A stretch of 64,000 nucleotides of DNA. It comes from Eledone cirrhosa. Its lineage: Eukaryota. Of this stretch, positions 61,478 to 64,000 are shown piece by piece (position 1 is the first letter of the stretch; the number at the start of each line of letters is the position of its first letter). The stretch lies in the NCBI GenBank assembly GCA_964016885.1, contig OZ024756.1, positions 11,098,001 through 11,162,000 of the forward strand, in the 5' to 3' direction. The notes under the pieces were generated by a model, which did no database searches, had not been told where the DNA came from, and was given only the letters and a program-made list of their open reading frames with translations. The translations under genes were made by a program, and so were the position numbers.

Positions 61478-63570
61478 ACAAGGGTTGGACTGGTCTATTT
61501 AGACCAAGTCAGTACTGAATCTGAGCTACTGATCTCCCATACAGGCCAGTGATCCCTGGTAGCAAGGGTTGGACTGGTCTATTTAGACCAAGTCAGTACT
61601 GAATCTGAGCTACAGATCTCCCATACAGACCAGTGATCCCTGGTAGCAAGGGTTGGACTGGTCTATTTAGACCAAGTCAGTACTGAATCTGAACTACTGA
61701 TCTCCCAAACAGGCCAGTGATCCCTGGTAGCAAGGGTTGGACTGGTCTATTTAGACCAAGTCAGTACTGAATCTGAGCTACTGATCTCCCATACAGGCCA
61801 GTGATCCCTGGTAGCAAGGGTTGGACTGGTCTATTTAGACCAAGTCAGTACTGAATCTGAGCTACAGATCTCCCATACAGACCAGTGATCCCTGGTAGCA
61901 AGGGTTGGACTGGTCTATTTAGACCAAGTCAGTACTGAATCTGAACTACTGATCTCCCAAACAGGCCAGTGATCCCTGGTAGCAAGGGTTGGACTGGTCT
62001 ATTTAGACCAAGTCAGTACTGAATCTGAGCTACTGATCTCCCATACAGGCCAGTGATCCCTGGTAGCAAGGGTTGGACTGGTCTATTTAGACCAAGTCAG
62101 TACTGAATCTGAGCTACAGATCTCCCATACAGACCAGTGATCCCTGGTAGCAAGGGTTGGACTGGTCTATTTAGACCAAGTCAGTACTGAATCTGAGCTA
62201 CTGATCTCCCATACAGGCCAGTGATCCCTGGTAGCAAGGGTTGGACTGGTCTATTTAGACCAAGTCAGTACTGAATCTGAGCTACTGATCTCCCATACAG
62301 ACCAGTGATCCCTGGTAGCAAGGGTTGGACTGGTCTATTTAGACCAAGTCTGTACTGAATCTGAGCTACTGATCTCCCAGACAGGCCAGTGATCCCTGGT
62401 AGCAAGGGTTGGACTGGTCTATTTAGACCAAGTCTGTACTGAATCTGAGCTACTGATCTCCCATACAGACCAGTGATCCCTGGTAGCAAGGGTTGGACTG
62501 GTCTATTTAGACCAAGTCAGTACTGAATCTGAACTACTGATCTCCCAAACAGGCAAGTGATCCCTGGTAGCAAGGGTTGGACTGGTCTATTTAGACCAAG
62601 TCAGTACTGAATCTGAGCTACTGATCTCCCATACAGGCCAGTGATCCCTGGTAGCAAGGGTTGGACTGGTCTATTTAGACCAAGCCAGTACTGAATCTGA
62701 GCTACTGATCTCCCTGACAAGCCAGTGATCCCTGGTAGCAAGGGTTGGACTGGTCTATGTAGACCAAGTCAGTACTGAATCTGAGCTACTGATCTCCCAT
62801 ACAGACCAGTGATCCCTGGTAGCAAGGGTTGGACTGGTCTATTTAGACCAAGTCAGTACTGAATCTGAGCTACTGATCTCCCATACAGGCCAGTGATCCC
62901 TGGTAGCAAGGGTTGGACTGGTCTATTTAGACCAAGTCAGTACTGAATCTGAGCTACTGATCTCCCTGACAAGCCAGTGATCCCTGGTAGCAAGGGTTGG
63001 ACTGGTCTATGTAGACCAAGTCAGTACTGAATCTGAGCTACTAATCTCCCATACAGACAAGTGATCCCTGGTAGCAAGGGTTGGACTGGTCTATTTAGAC
63101 CAAGTCAGTACTGAATCTGAGCTACTGATCTCCCAGACAGGCCAGTGATCCCTGGTAGCAAGGGTTGGACTGGTCTATTTAGACCAAGTCAGTACTGAAT
63201 CTGAGCTACTGATCTCCCAGACAGGCCAGTGATCCCTGGTAGCAAGGGTTGGACTGGTCTATTTAGACCAAGTCAGTACTGAAGCTGAGCTACTGATCTC
63301 CCAGACAGACCAGTGATCCCTGGTAGCAAGGGTTGGACTGGTCTATTTAGACCAAGTCAGTACTGAAGCTGAGCTACTGATCTCCCAGACAGACCAGTGA
63401 TCCTTGGTAGCAAGGGTTGGACTGGTCTATTTAGACCAAGTCAGTACTGAATCTGAGCTACTGATCTCCCATACAGACCAGTGATCCCTGGTAGCAAGGG
63501 TTGGACTGGTCTATTTAGACCAAATCAGTACTGAATCTGAGCTACTGATCTCCCATACAGGCCAGTGATC
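61478..63570. repeat. 84-bp tandem satellite, about 25 copies
   Basis: AGCAAGGGTTGGACTGGTCTATTTAGACCAAGTCAGTACTGAATCTGAGCTACTGATCTCCCATACAGGCCAGTGATCCCTGGT. Confidence 0.97.
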
Positions 63571-64000
63571 TCTGTCTCACTTTATGTATGTCCAACGCTC
63601 TGCGAGAAGAGGTTGACATGTCTTTGACACAACAATCCTCCCGACCCTAGCAAGATTTCTATGGCTGGATGCCCTTCCTATCCTTAACTACTTCACTGGG
63701 TGTGTTTATCCTGTAACTCACCAAATAATATGGACTCTGTCATGTATAATGTGTAAATACACAGATATTAAACTCTGCAGTATTTAATCATCATTTCCTT
63801 TCTAAATATACACACAACATCAGAAGAAGAAAACATAGAAAGGTTTTTCATTCCACCTTGTTTTCTATTGTCTTCTCTTTGTTATCTATATATATGTATC
63901 TTTATATATATATATATATATATATATCTTTTATATATCTCTCTTTTATATATATATATATATAAAGTCTAAAGTCTGTCTTAAGCCAGAAGGCTCATTT

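Noticed and set aside
61478-63570. CRISPR-like array or 28-aa repeat protein
   Set aside because: No unique spacers or cas genes; eukaryotic context; most units contain stop codons

Overview
AT-rich, repeat-saturated eukaryotic DNA, most consistent with an octopus/cephalopod genome (inferred from the SINE and RTE families and the kilobase (TA)n arrays). I found no host protein-coding gene; the long Ile/Tyr, His/Asn and Leu/Ser ORFs are translations of microsatellites. From about 5.5 to 35 kb, a compound (TA)n/(TATG)n array is interrupted by many retroelement insertions. Protein-coding elements are: a near full-length CR1-group LINE (ORF1 with polyQ and two CCCH fingers; APE+RT ORF2), two more CR1-group pieces, several RTE pieces (one with a PHD-like insert), two Penelope-like elements (PLE; RT + GIY-YIG) and two L1/Tx1-like 3' fragments. 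Non-coding repeats include tRNA-derived SINEs, hAT-like MITEs and an 84-bp satellite grown inside an RTE 3' tail. The main hidden signal is about 17 type I hammerhead ribozyme (HHR) motifs, found by eye and not folded computationally. They lie in roughly a dozen apparently unrelated short non-coding islands and in the PLE 3' ends. Most islands are bounded by (TA)n, and several carry 5' inverted duplications or terminal direct repeats. I infer a diverse set of non-autonomous, ribozyme-bearing, PLE-mobilised (retrozyme-like) elements.
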